This document shows positions 1 to 12,530 of a stretch of 64,000 nt of DNA, piece after piece. The position numbers and the translations under genes were made by a program. Position 1 is the first letter of the stretch. Every line of letters begins with the position of its first letter. The notes beneath the pieces were generated by a model. That model saw only the letters and a list, made by a program, of their open reading frames with translations. It searched no databases and had not been told where the DNA came from. Origin of the DNA: Octopus bimaculoides (taxonomy: Eukaryota); assembly GCF_001194135.2 (NCBI RefSeq), contig NC_068988.1:16688016-16752015 (forward strand), given 5' to 3'.

Positions 1-374
1 GTGTATGAGCACTTTGGCTATATATTCAGGAAGTTTGCTTTGTAGACTGGAGACCTGAGGTTCGATGTCACATTGCGTTATCTTGCGAAAATGCCATTTC
101 GTTTTCCTTTGCTCGAACTATACACTATGAGAGACACTGGATAGACAGATACAGAATAGAAACTCGGCGGACTGACTCAACATGTAATTTGAAAGACAAA
201 TGTTTATTATCCACTCTGTTACGGACATTTTGCTTCAGATTGCCGTTACGTATATACGTCTGCTTGGAATGCTCACGACATGCATATCAACTATGGAGCA
301 GATAATGTGAATACTTTGATAACAGAATCCGCATCGTCGTGCAAGATATATGTATAGATACATACCTACATATA

Positions 375-375
<1 letters not shown>

Positions 376-459
<84 letters not shown>
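376..459. repeat. Compound (CA)n(TA)n microsatellite
   Basis: Direct reading; source of the VCVC/YIYI pseudo-ORFs. Confidence 0.95.
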
Positions 460-966
460 CGGCGTAAAATTGTAGGGATCTTTTGGAAGTTCTCTAATAA
501 GGATTTATCTACGAATTGTCCGCTTATGTTTTTGCTAAATCTTTGAAATATATGTCTGGTGTGTAAGTTTGTGTGTATGTGTGTGTGTGTGTGTTTGTAT
601 ATGCCGTGTGCGCGTGGGCGCGTATGCACGTATGTATGTATATTTTTATGCATAGTTAAACATCCGAGACAGTTTCGTTTATTTGAATTTCATTTTCTTT
701 TTTATTCCTTCGGTGTTTTTTTTTACTCTTTATTACCTCTTTATTACTCACCATTACGTCCTCACATTCAGAATTTATTACATTGTATAATGAATTTCTG
801 TGCTCCTCTAATGAGGGTCTTAAGTTCATGGTAGTAAGTCTCAGGTCCATAGATGCCGGAAGGCATATTACTTCGCGTTGAATTATTCCTCCTAGTTGTT
901 AACAAGTGCAGGGTTTGGTATAGCATAGAATGTTCTGCAGTCGAGACAGGAGTCTTTTACTCTTCA

Positions 967-1063
967 TTTCGCTCAATAAACAATCACAACGGTCTGGGAA
1001 TCGAAACCGCGATCCTCTGACCACGAGTTCGCTGCCCTAACCACTGGGCCATTGCGCCTCCAC
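967..1063 (-). mobile_element. tRNA-derived SINE family A, 5' head fragment
   Basis: Reverse complement reads GTGGAGGCGCAATGGCCCAGTGGTTAGGGCAGCG...GGTTTCGATTCCCAGACCG (Pol III A and B boxes); matches copies at 9152, 18260, 34575 and 44977. Confidence 0.85.
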
Positions 1064-1160
1064 ATTATTATTATTATTATTATTATTATTAATATTATTA
1101 TTATTATTAATAATATTAATAATGATAATTATAATAATAATAATGATGATAATAATATTT
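1064..1160. repeat. (ATT)n/(AAT)n triplet microsatellite
   Basis: Direct reading. Confidence 0.9.
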
Positions 1161-1454
1161 TTTTAAAATTTGGCACCAGGCCAACATTCTGCTGTTAGAA
1201 ATATTAGAAAAGCCACTGTTACAATGAATGATTGCATGAGTGACAAGGAAAGAAAAAGGGACAGGATAATTAATTGGAAAGAGAAAAACATTTTCAACTC
1301 ATGTAAGAAACTAAAATTGTATTATATGAAAAATAAGTTAGCATTGGAATGTTAACCAAGTTTATGAACTTGAAGTGAAAGAAAATTGGTATGAAAACGA
1401 GCTGCATGATATTAAGCTAAATGGTGACTATGGCATTATTAGGCATTTCACCAT

Positions 1455-1815
1455 AGACGCAAGAGAGGCCGTGCGGTAAGCAATTTGTTTATTAACCACA
1501 TATTTTCTAGTTCAGTCACACTGCGCGCGACCAAAGTCTTGTGAGCGGATTTGGTAGACAGAAACTAAAAGAAGCCCGTCGCATATATGTATGTATGTGT
1601 GTGTGTATGTGTGTGTGTGTGTATGTGAGTGTGTCTTTGTATCTGTGTTTGTCCAACTACCACCGCTTGGCAACTGGTATTAGTGTGTCTACGTACCTGC
1701 AATTTGGCAAAAGAGCCGGATGAATAGGTACCAGACATTAGCAAATAAGTTCTGCATTCGATTCATTCGACCAAAACTTTTTCGAGACGGAGCTCTACCA
1801 TGTAGTAAGATAGAG
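1455..1815 (+). mobile_element. SINE family B, diverged copy with internal TA/TG microsatellite
   Basis: Shares ACCAAAGTCTTGTGAGCGGATTTGGTAGACAGAAACTAAAAGAAGCCCGTCG and downstream motifs with the full copy at 40174-40585. Confidence 0.8.
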
Positions 1816-2434
1816 TTAAAACATTCTATTGACATATGAAGACCAAATATGACTGTCAAGAGAAATGGAAAAATGTAAGATGATTGCAATACAAAACTAG
1901 ATTCGATTGAACAAAACGGAGCAAATTAAGAAATATTATCACCAACACATAATACTTCTTAATACTGATTATTCTTCACAAATTTCTGTATGAGCCTGAA
2001 CTGTCACCCAAGACATCAAGGAGTTTGGCACTGTGACTTGTGCTCTCGACATATTGAAAAATCGCTTCGTATATTTTGCGAGAATCCACAAAAATAACTA
2101 GGTGGCTTAAAATCACTTGTCCCAAACTAGAGCCTGGAGAATGTAAACATAAATTCGTCTGACCGCACATCTACACACAAATATACACAAGCAAACATAG
2201 ACATGCACATACATAAACACACACACACACTCACATTCACACACGCTCGTGCTCACACGCACATTTATACATATACACATATATCATTTGGATGCATTTG
2301 TCTTCATGAATAATTCTGTTTGTATGTATAACACTGTACATACCTTGCCTTACTGCACAGGAAGATATTACAAGCAAATTTTGCGAAGAGATTTCTGTGA
2401 GTGCATAACACACATAATTGAATATATAACACGA

Positions 2435-2480
<46 letters not shown>

Positions 2481-3590
2481 CGTGCGTTTGTAATTGCATG
2501 CATATACATTAACAACTACCGACATAGAAACATTAATGAAATTACAAATCCAATTAAAAGTAAATCGTAACTCGATCCTTATATATATTATATATATATA
2601 TATANNNNNNNNNNNNNNNNNNNNNNNNNNNNNNNNNNNNNNNNNNNNNNNNNNNNNNNNNNNNNNNNNNNNNNNNNNNNNNNNNNNNNNNNNNNNNNNN
2701 NNNNNNNNNNNNNNNNNNNNNNNNNNNNNNNNNNNNNNNNNNNNNNNNNNNNNNNNNNNNNNNNNNNNNNNNNNNNNNNNNNNNNNNNNNNNNNNNNNNN
2801 NNNNNNNNNNNNNNNNNNNNNNNNNNNNNNNNNNNNNNNNNNNNNNNNNNNNNNNNNNNNNNNNNNNNNNNNNNNNNNNNNNNNNNNNNNNNNNNNNNNN
2901 NNNNNNNNNNNNNNNNNNNNNNNNNNNNNNNNNNNNNNNNNNNNNNNNNNNNNNNNNNNNNNNNNNNNNNNNNNNNNNNNNNNNNNNNNNNNNNNNNNNN
3001 NNNNNNNNNNATATATATATATATATATATATATATAGCAATATTCATACATATAGGCATACCAAATGAAATTCGATCTATAATTCATATAAGAAAATGG
3101 CTGCCTTAAGTAAAATACAAACACTATAATTGATACAAAAGAAATGATGTTTAAATGGAAAAGAAAATTACAGGTATGTGTGTGGTGATGAGCGTATTCC
3201 ATGTACATTAATATAGTAAGCTAAATGCAGCGATGGAACACATAGCGCACACAAATACAACAGCAATCATATATCCAAAATCTGGAATGATTTATGGCTC
3301 CAGAGATTCTTAGCAAACGTTTATTTTATAGCTACTTTTTGCAAACTCTGGCAACAAAATATAAACGTATTTAATGCATTATATTGTATATTAAAATCTA
3401 TATAATAGAGGACGTGTATACATATTATAGCAATATTTGTCACAATTTGCGCCGTTCACACACTAAGAACTGTATACCTTGAGATTTATATAATATTCTA
3501 AGTGCATGTGTATACACACATACACAAGCACATACATACATACATACATACATACATGTCTATATATATATGTACATATAGCATAATAGA

Positions 3591-3637
<47 letters not shown>

Positions 3638-4092
3638 NNNNNNNNNNNNNNNNNNNNNNNNNNNNNNNNNNNNNNNNNNNNNNNNNNNNNNNNNNNNNNN
3701 NNNNNNNNNNNNNNNNNNNNNNNNNNNNNNNNNNNNNNNNNNNNNNNNNNNNNNNNNNNNNNNNNNNNNNNNNNNNNNNNNNNNNNNNNNNNNNNNNNNN
3801 NNNNNNNNNNNNNNNNNNNNNNNNNNNNNNNNNNNNNNNNNNNNNNNNNNNNNNNNNNNNNNNNNNNNNNNNNNNNNNNNNNNNNNNNNNNNNNNNNNNN
3901 NNNNNNNNNNNNNNNNNNNNNNNNNNNNNNNNNNNNNNNNNNNNNNNNNNNNNNNNNNNNNNNNNNNNNNNNNNNNNNNNNNNNNNNNNNNNNNNNNNNN
4001 NNNNNNNNNNNNNNNNNNNNNNNNNNNNNNNNNNNNNNNNNNNNNNNNNNNNNNNNNNNNNNNNNNNNNNNNNNNNNNNNNNNNNNNNNNNN

Positions 4093-4125
<33 letters not shown>

Positions 4126-4469
4126 TGTACACATATATGCATATACTCATATATTGTTTATATATATATGTGTGTGTGAGTGTGTGTGTGTATGTCTGTA
4201 TATATATATATATATATACTAATATAGAAAGAGAAACCCATGCACACACATACCCCTTCACATGAGTACGTATTTCTTTGCTTAATTCCGAATTCCTCAT
4301 AGACAAATTGGAAGTGAATGTGTACATTTACAACTAGCTTTAATTCCATGAATGCATCGGTGCATTTGTATGTAAGAAATATAAACATTCCCTGTATGTA
4401 TACTTTTATGTATTTTCCTTAAAGAGTTAGAAGTAGAAAAAGAAACAAAATATATAACGTTTATTATCA

Positions 4470-4860
4470 GCTTCAATTTCATCATCACTACCACCATTAC
4501 GAACACCGACAACAGCAGCAGCAACACCAGCACCAGCTCCACCACCCCTATCACCATCATCATCAATATCGTCGGCGTCGTCCTCATCATGAACTTCCTC
4601 ATCATCACCATCATGAGAGTTCTTGTCGCGCTCGTCGTCGCTATCATCATCATCGTCTTTCACGATATCATTGCGGCCTTAATCATCATCCTTAGCATCA
4701 TCACAACATCCACCATCACCACCGCTGCCACTACAACCCCACCACCACCACCACCACCATCACCATCACCGTCGTCGTCGTCATCATTATCATCATCATC
4801 ATCATCTTTTAGTATCGTCCTTAACAGCAGCAGCGAGTTCCGCGTCATTATCACATCCAG
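4470..4860. repeat. Mosaic triplet low-complexity tract (CAT/CAC/GTC/CAG)
   Basis: Direct reading; several frames are open and give poly-Asp/Gly or poly-Pro/Ser. Confidence 0.85.
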
Positions 4861-5064
4861 CAATATACAAGTACACTCGCCTAACGATATGTAACGACTC
4901 TGATAATAATCAAGCAAATCAAGCTATCGTGGTTGGTTTTCATCACAGCAACATTTACGACTATGATAAAAATAAATGTACAGTGAAAATACAGCTTAAC
5001 ATGCGTGAACATGCATGATCACGTATATTCTGCATACGTATATATATATATATATATATATTTA

Positions 5065-5222
5065 TATAAACAAAATTAAGGGATCAGCAACAGGTTGCTT
5101 CACCACATACCGAAGTTCAGAAATAGCTATCTGTTGGAGTTTCAGCATTTTTAGCTGCTATTTCTGAACTTCGGTATGTGGTGAAGCAACCTGTTGCTGC
5201 TGATCCCTTAATTTTGTTTATA
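5065..5222. repeat. Long inverted repeat (63/66-bp arms, 29-bp spacer), MITE-like hairpin
   Basis: 5065-5127 is the reverse complement of 5157-5222 except for a 3-nt GCT insertion; TA-rich flanks. Confidence 0.9.
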
Positions 5223-5356
5223 AATGTATAAGAACTTTTAAATAAGTTCCACACCGATAATGGTGCTTACATACCGAAGGGCTTGGTAAAAATGATTAAT
5301 TATTAATTTATTAATAAACTAATACATTGATAATCCTTTACCCTTTTAATTGTAAT

Positions 5357-5414
<58 letters not shown>

Positions 5415-6679
5415 TGAGGGTGATAAATTGAATATTAATTTCATTAACATCAATTTAAAACCAATGGCCTAGCATATAAAAAATCTGACAATTCAGAAAC
5501 ATTTATTACATGTGTATAAGAAGGGATGACCACTAACTGGACATCCGATATGCTAGAAAGAGGTCATCAACGACCCAACCACGAAGAAATATAATGTTCA
5601 CCAGAAAAAAAATCAGCAAACACCAGAACATAAACGGGTAAGACAAATGAAAAATATACAAAATAAAGAATTAATCGTATACCGGTTTCCCAATCAACCG
5701 TTTTACTTACGTAAAAACGTCCGTGGTTCATCAATACAATCGTTCTAAATTCAATATAATTTGGAGAACTATACACGAATTGTCTTCATAAAATTTAACG
5801 AAGTTTATCGGGCAGAGTAAACGCAACTGTGTATAATTTTGATATTATGCTCAGGGGGTGATTTACTGCTGCCAGAATTTCGTACATCATCAAATTGTTA
5901 TATCTCCTCTGTTTTTAAAATGTCTACCAAATTAATTGTAACATGGGGTTAAACAACGAGAATTTTAATGATGAATATATAAGGAAATCAATAAATATAT
6001 ATATAATGGTCGAATTTCTAGTAGAGCTGTTATAAATTGATGAAGAAACAAGAGTCAGAAAACTACCATACAAAAATACACCAATATGACAAATATTACA
6101 ATATTGTTAGGCAAAGCGTAACGATATTAAAAAGTTGATAATATATGATATATTTCCTTTTTGTTATTGATTACTTGGAGAAAAATATTGAAACAGAAAA
6201 TAGACGTAATGAGGAAATAAAAATAAATTCCACCATAACCGCTTAAATGAACACGAGGTAAATAATAAAAACATGATTTACGATGCAAACATTTTGTTTT
6301 AATAGTATATCGCTTAAATGCATTACAATATGAATTTGAACATTTTTACAACCTCTTCTGGGACGTCTAATATTCTGTTATAATATTATTTCACTCACTT
6401 TCTGGCCATCTGTGTACCTGTCCCGCAGTGCGTTGTGTTGCTTCAACGAGAGAATGCTTTTTAGATATTTTCCAACTGAAAGTGCATACCAGTCAAGAGT
6501 CGGAGGATTTCTCTCATCTCCTCCAGATGTGACCACTTTTAAGTCTGTGTTACTTGGGGCTTGTGTGTCTTAGCCCCAGTATTTGTCTACGACTGCTCGC
6601 AGCAACATAGTTGTACGCTGACAATTTAGAAACTGCTTGCAACCTTATGCATTACTGCGACTGCATGTATGCATAAATA

Positions 6680-6779
6680 CAAACAAAAATACCCTGTTGT
6701 TGATGAAGGAGCCTTGGATCTAGTTTAGAAACTGGTTCTTTCTCTAGTCGCAAAAAAATCTTCAAATAAACAGAATAAT

Positions 6780-6783
<4 letters not shown>
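6680..6783. repeat. Unclassified interspersed repeat H, fragment
   Basis: Reverse complement matches 26887-26990 (ATGTCATT..TTTATTT.AAGA...AGAAAGA.CCA...GTATTTTTGTTTGT). Confidence 0.7.
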
Positions 6784-6850
<67 letters not shown>

Positions 6851-7081
6851 ACACACACACATGTAAATATATACATGCATACATATATATGTATGTGTGC
6901 TTGTGTGCGTGTGTTTATTTTATACGTAATCTCTTTATATACATATATGTAGGTATACGTGTGGCTGTGTAGTAAGAGGCTTTCTTCCCAAGAGGTGGTG
7001 CTCCAGCCTGACTGCAGTCAAATGACTGACACAAGTAAAATAATAAAAGAATATATATATTTATATATGCATATATATACT

Positions 7082-7180
<99 letters not shown>

Positions 7181-8062
7181 TTATATATGTGTGTGCGTAA
7201 ATATATGTATATGTGTATTTGCGTGGTTCCTAAGAAACACGAACTTGGTAACATTTCGTAGCAGATTTACGAGAATTTTTCTTTCTTTTCTTTTCCTGTT
7301 GTTTTAATTTCACTTTTGCTTTCTTCGTAAATTGTTGTGTAGAGGCGGTTATCTTTCATTTGTGGCTCGGATAAAATCCGCTATAACATAAACTATCATT
7401 ATATAACAATGCTTAAAATGTTTTTGATCCTGGTATAAATTTTATATTTATGAAAGTACTGCACTCACCGAATTACAATACATTATTAAAGTAGGCGTGC
7501 TAAGATCACTTAAACATAGGCAAAGTAGGGAATTGAGGAGAAACAAAAAAAATCTTTCGGGTATTGGTACATCTTTTATTGAACATGTCAATTCTGCCAA
7601 TTCAATGCCTTCATTTTATTGAACATAATGAAAAGAAAAAATGCCATGTTTAACATAATAATAGGTTTCTGTACATAGCGACGTGTTATTAAATATGATT
7701 GTTTGCGTTAACAGCGGCTTATTAGCTTTTTGCAGTTATAGAGTGATTCTGATGTCGTTATAATGAAGCATTAACAGGTGAGGACTACGTCTCCAGTCGT
7801 ATCGCTTACTCAATTAGTTCATCAGAGCCAGAAGAAAAGTCATTTATGATGTTTTTTGAGGATATTTTATATATTCTCATTAGTACACAAGCACATTCGT
7901 ATATGTATGTGTGGATATATACATATTATATATACTTAGATGTGTGTGTATGTGTGTGTGTATGTGTGTGTGTATACGTACATTATATATCAACATTTAC
8001 ATTTTAACCCTATTGTCACTAACTGTCTTTCTTCAAACAAACCTTAACTTTTATATATAATT

Positions 8063-8112
<50 letters not shown>
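8063..8112. repeat. (TAG)n microsatellite
   Basis: Direct reading. Confidence 0.95.
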
Positions 8113-8471
8113 ATTATCGTAATAGGTTATCCATTATATTTACTGAACATCTTAAATTACTCGAGACAATATCGCAGGAACAAATATGTTGATCTGTCCC
8201 TGCTCTGTCCATATCTGTGCATGTGTGTGTGTGTGTATATATGTGTGTGCGTGTGTGTGTGTGTGTATATATGTGTGTGCGTGTGTGTTTGTGCGAACAG
8301 GTGAAAGATTGTGTGCGCAGTTATGCATACGGTTATGCTTATATACATACAATGCATGCATTCAAATATTTATCTATTTATCTATCTATCTATCTATCTA
8401 TCCAACTATCTATCTATGTAGCTCTGTCTTTCACTCCCCTCCCCCTCCCTCTCCCTCTCTCTCTCTCTCTG

Positions 8472-8515
<44 letters not shown>

Positions 8516-8609
8516 AGTATAATTAGTATTCATTTCTTTGATTTCNNNNNNNNNNCTTTATTAAACAATATATATAGAGAGAGAGAGAGAAAGAGAGAGA
8601 GAAAAAGAG

Positions 8610-8646
<37 letters not shown>

Positions 8647-9151
8647 TGATACAAAAACAGACAGAGAGACAGTGGTACAAAAACGGAGAGACAGAGAGAG
8701 AGAGATAGTGACAAAAAAAGATAGAGAGATAGAGAGAGAGAGTGTGAGGTGGGACAAAGTGAATATACAAGGGCAAACGGTTTACGGTACATATTCCACG
8801 TTTCTTGCACTGTGATATCAAGTACCGTTGTATCCTGCTTGGGTGGTAGACTTAACAAATAATCAGGTTCTACACCCCCACCCTGTCTTCGGTTGCTTCT
8901 ACTCGATATCCCTCTGTTCAGGGCATTCTCAACAGCTTGTCGCTGGACGATGCCTTTTTTGCCTTCCCCTACCCACCACGAAATCTGTATAAAAATTCAG
9001 TCATTCTTCTACTCCGAGCAAAGTATAATTAGTATTCATTACTTTGATTTCGCGAATATATATCTTTTATTTTTTACTTGTTGCATTCAAAGATAATCCA
9101 AATGCTTTATTAAACAATATATTTTATAACTCAGTTTATTTTCCTTTCCTA

Positions 9152-9511
9152 TGTTGTTGGCACTCCGTCGCTTACGACATCGAGGGTTCCAGTTGATCCG
9201 ATCAACTGAACAGCATGCTCGTGAAATTAACGTGAAAGTGGCTGAGCACTCCACAGACACGTGCACCCTTAACGTAGTTCTCGGGGATATTCAGCGTGAC
9301 ACAATGTGACAAGGCTGACCCTTTGAATTACAGGCACAACAGAAACAGCAAGAAAGAGTGAGAGAAAGTTGTGGTGGCAGAGTACAGCAGGGTTCGCCAC
9401 CATCCCCTGCCGGAGCCTCGTGGAGTTTTAGGTGTTTTCGCTCAATAAACACTCACAACGCCCGGTCAAGGCATCGAAACCGCGAGTCCGCTGCCCTAAC
9501 CACTAGGCCAT
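9152..9511 (-). mobile_element. SINE family A, near full length (5' end runs into gap)
   Basis: Collinear with 18260-18705 over about 350 bp; B box GGTTTCGATGCC on the minus strand. Confidence 0.9.
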
Positions 9512-10294
9512 NNNNNNNNNNNNNNNNNNNNNNNNNNNNNNNNNNNNNNNNNNNNNNNNNNNNNNNNNNNNNNNNNNNNNNNNNNNNNNNNNNNNNNNNN
9601 NNNNNNNNNNNNNNNNNNNNNNNNNNNNNNNNNNNNNNNNNNNNNNNNNNNNNNNNNNNNNNNNNNNNNNNNNNNNNNNNNNNNNNNNNNNNNNNNNNNN
9701 NNNNNNNNNNNNNNNNNNNNNNNNNNNNNNNNNNNNNNNNNNNNNNNNNNNNNNNNNNNNNNNNNNNNNNNNNNNNNNNNNNNNNNNNNNNNNNNNNNNN
9801 NNNNNNNNNNNNNNNNNNNNNNNNNNNNNNNNNNNNNNNNNNNNNNNNNNNNNNNNNNNNNNNNNNNNNNNNNNNNNNNNNNNNNNNNNNNNNNNNNNNN
9901 NNNNNNNNNNNNNNNNNNNNNNNNNNNNNNNNNNNNNNNNNNNNNNNNNNNNATATATAAATTCAGTATTTTGGCAAACCAGCTTCGAAAATTAAAATCA
10001 AATGTTTATAATTATGTATTCGTATAAGTAGAGAAAAAAAAATGCAAAATGTGAGATAAATTTATCATGCTCAGAAGAATCTAAAAATTGATATGTATGT
10101 GTGTGTGTGTGTGTATTTTTGTGTGTGTGAGAGTGTATCTAATTCAAGTTGTATGTATATTTGTCTACATGTGATAAACTGAATTTACATGTAATTATGT
10201 ACATACGTATCTATGTGTGCGTGTGTCTTTGTGCGCGTGTGCGTAGGTTTGTGCACGCGCAAGTGTGTGAAACGGTTAGATTTTATTTTGCTGG

Positions 10295-11035
10295 CCTTGA
10301 GGCAGCATTGCAGACTTTTGACAAACGGAACGAGAAACGTCTAGTTACTCTCAACCATGGCAACACAAATCTTGATGTCTCTGACATCATCCCATTTACG
10401 GGAGTAATAGATCTTGCTATCTATGACATCGTCTCATTTACATGAGTAAAAGATCTGAACTATCAAAGTCTGAGATAAACCACTTGAAGAAAAGCCTTTT
10501 TTGAAAATCCTTGGTCTTATTTTTTCGCCTGTTCTTTCTTGCCGTTCTAACATACACCAATTGCTATATCTGCTTCCCGTAAGATTGGATTATTGAATTG
10601 GTCAAATCTCACAATTCATCCTTGTATGTGGTACTGATATCACACATGGACACATGAACCATCCTCCCATCTGGACCTCCTCGACCGGAATCAGAAGTAA
10701 GTATCTAATATGATTGGTGCCACTCTTGCCTCAACTCTGCAAGGCTTATCACATCGGCATGATGTCACCGTTCTTATTCTTTCCTATCGTTGTTGCTACG
10801 GAATGGACTTCCTCTCTTAGTTACACATCATTTTGTGGAATTTAGCCAGACTGGAAACTCACAGCATCTTGATCCAAAATGCCGTTGTACTTCCACGAAT
10901 AAAGAAATATTTCTAGGGTGGTGGATTTATTTCTCGAACTACCAGACTTTGAAACTCTCTTCCATCTCATTGCTTTCCTCCTCATGACCTCAAATCTTTC
11001 AAGTCTACAGCAAATTTATTTCTTTCGTCTTAATT
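10295..11035 (+). mobile_element. Decayed CR1/L2-group LINE, RT C-terminal region
   Basis: Manual translation across frameshifts and stops: LKILGLIFSPVLS, SASRKIGLL, LDLLDRNQK*VSNMIG, LQGLSHRHDV, FISRTTRL*NSLPSHCFPPHDLKSFKS*. This follows the motif order ILG.FS.LSW, ASRKIG, HRR.VA, PRT.LWNSLP of these LINEs. Confidence 0.8.
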
Positions 11036-11126
11036 TCTCCGTCTTCATAGTCCCTTTCATGAAATGGCCTCTCGGCTTAAAATTATATACATACAAATAT
11101 ATATATATGGAGAGAGAGAGAGAGAG

Positions 11127-11157
<31 letters not shown>

Positions 11158-11374
11158 GAGAGTAAGAAAGAAACAAAAGAGCGCAATATATATTTTTTCT
11201 GGTTCAGTCATGAGACTAAATATATATTGTGTTTTTTTTAATGTTTCCATTCTCAATTGAATAATGTTGAACCATAGACACATACTTATGTATATATTTT
11301 TCCCCAGTTCCATTAATTGGATGTTCTATATATTTTATCCAGAACTATTGAGAGGGGTGAGAAAAAGAAGTTTA

Positions 11375-11376
<2 letters not shown>

Positions 11377-11441
<65 letters not shown>
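11377..11441. repeat. (GA)n microsatellite
   Basis: Direct reading. Confidence 0.95.
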
Positions 11442-11449
<8 letters not shown>

Positions 11450-12334
11450 CGAAAGACGAGGGAGAGAGATCAATTTCTTGGCAAATGTGGATCAATTTCA
11501 AAGCATACTGTCTCGGTGATGATGCTGGTAAATGTTAAACTTTATGCGCACATTTACATGCATGAAATCATTTTATATATATCCTATTAAAATCGAAAGA
11601 TACATACAAATATTGAACACTTTAGTTAAAGATAAAACTTTAGAAGTGGCAGGTGAAAACCATGTGCAAAATCTATTAAGTGCTGATATGCAGTGATAGC
11701 AACAGTTTTTTTTATCTATTTTTTTTTCCAGTATCGATTTCTTATATTTTTACCAGATCGCATACTGATAGGATAAGGTATAGTCAATTTTAACAGTTAA
11801 AACTCGAGGCAAAGCTGTTTAGTGTTCGATTGTTTGAAGGTAAATAATTTAACGCTACATGTCTGACTCGAAGGAAGTGTATTATAAGTAGGGGCCTACA
11901 TCCTGTCGAAATTAGTTCTTTATACACGTCTGAACATTGAATATTCATGTATTTATTCAGGGAGTATAAGTCAGCTCTAATATCAATTTGTTAAAATCGG
12001 AACTCATCCTTGGAACTGAAATGGAATGCGTTGCTATTTATGAGTGAAAAATTATCTCTTACAGATATGTACTTTTAGCCAGTAGTACACGGTATCGAGG
12101 TAACTGTCAGCGAGAAGCAGATACAGACTGACTATCACGCATATTACATTAGTTAAGACTTAATTATCGATTTACGTTATGCGAAATATATGCAATATGC
12201 AAATTCTCTACTCAACAGAATATAGTAATTTTACACTTGTGTTCTTGATGCTTTTGTTTAACACTAAACCATCCTTCAGAGAATAGACATTATAAACAAA
12301 GTCGTTTCAAGCCTAACCCTTCAAATCATATTGA

Positions 12335-12530
12335 TTTCAAATTATAGCACAAGGCCTGCAATTTCAGGGAAAGTGTAAGTCGATCAGATCGACCGCCGTA
12401 TTTCACCTGCTACTTATTTTATCCACACCGAAAAATGAATGTCAAAGGCGGAATTTCAATTCAGAACGTGAAGATGGACGAAATATCGCTAAACGTTTTA
12501 CCCGGCGTGCTAATGATTCTGCCAGCTAAC
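12335..12530 (-). mobile_element. SINE family F (Deu/Nin-like central domain)
   Basis: Minus strand TGGCAGAATCATTAGCACGCCGGG...TTCTGAATTGAAATTCCGCC; homologous to 38946, 50328, 50522 and 63145. Confidence 0.75.

Noticed and set aside
790-880. CTAATGAG motif as a Penelope pLTR ribozyme
   Set aside because: Mutated core and no downstream GAAA.
4297-4917. Asp/Gly-rich minus-strand ORFs resembling acidic biomineralisation proteins
   Set aside because: Triplet mosaic open in several frames on both strands, no splice or signal context; similar tracts occur at 43935, 48990 and 50980.
5413-5440. TACTGAGGGTGATA as a Tc1/mariner TIR
   Set aside because: No partner TIR or transposase remnant found.
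6693-6740. Possible hammerhead core TTGATGA...GAAAC
   Set aside because: No CUGANGA and stems II and III cannot be formed.
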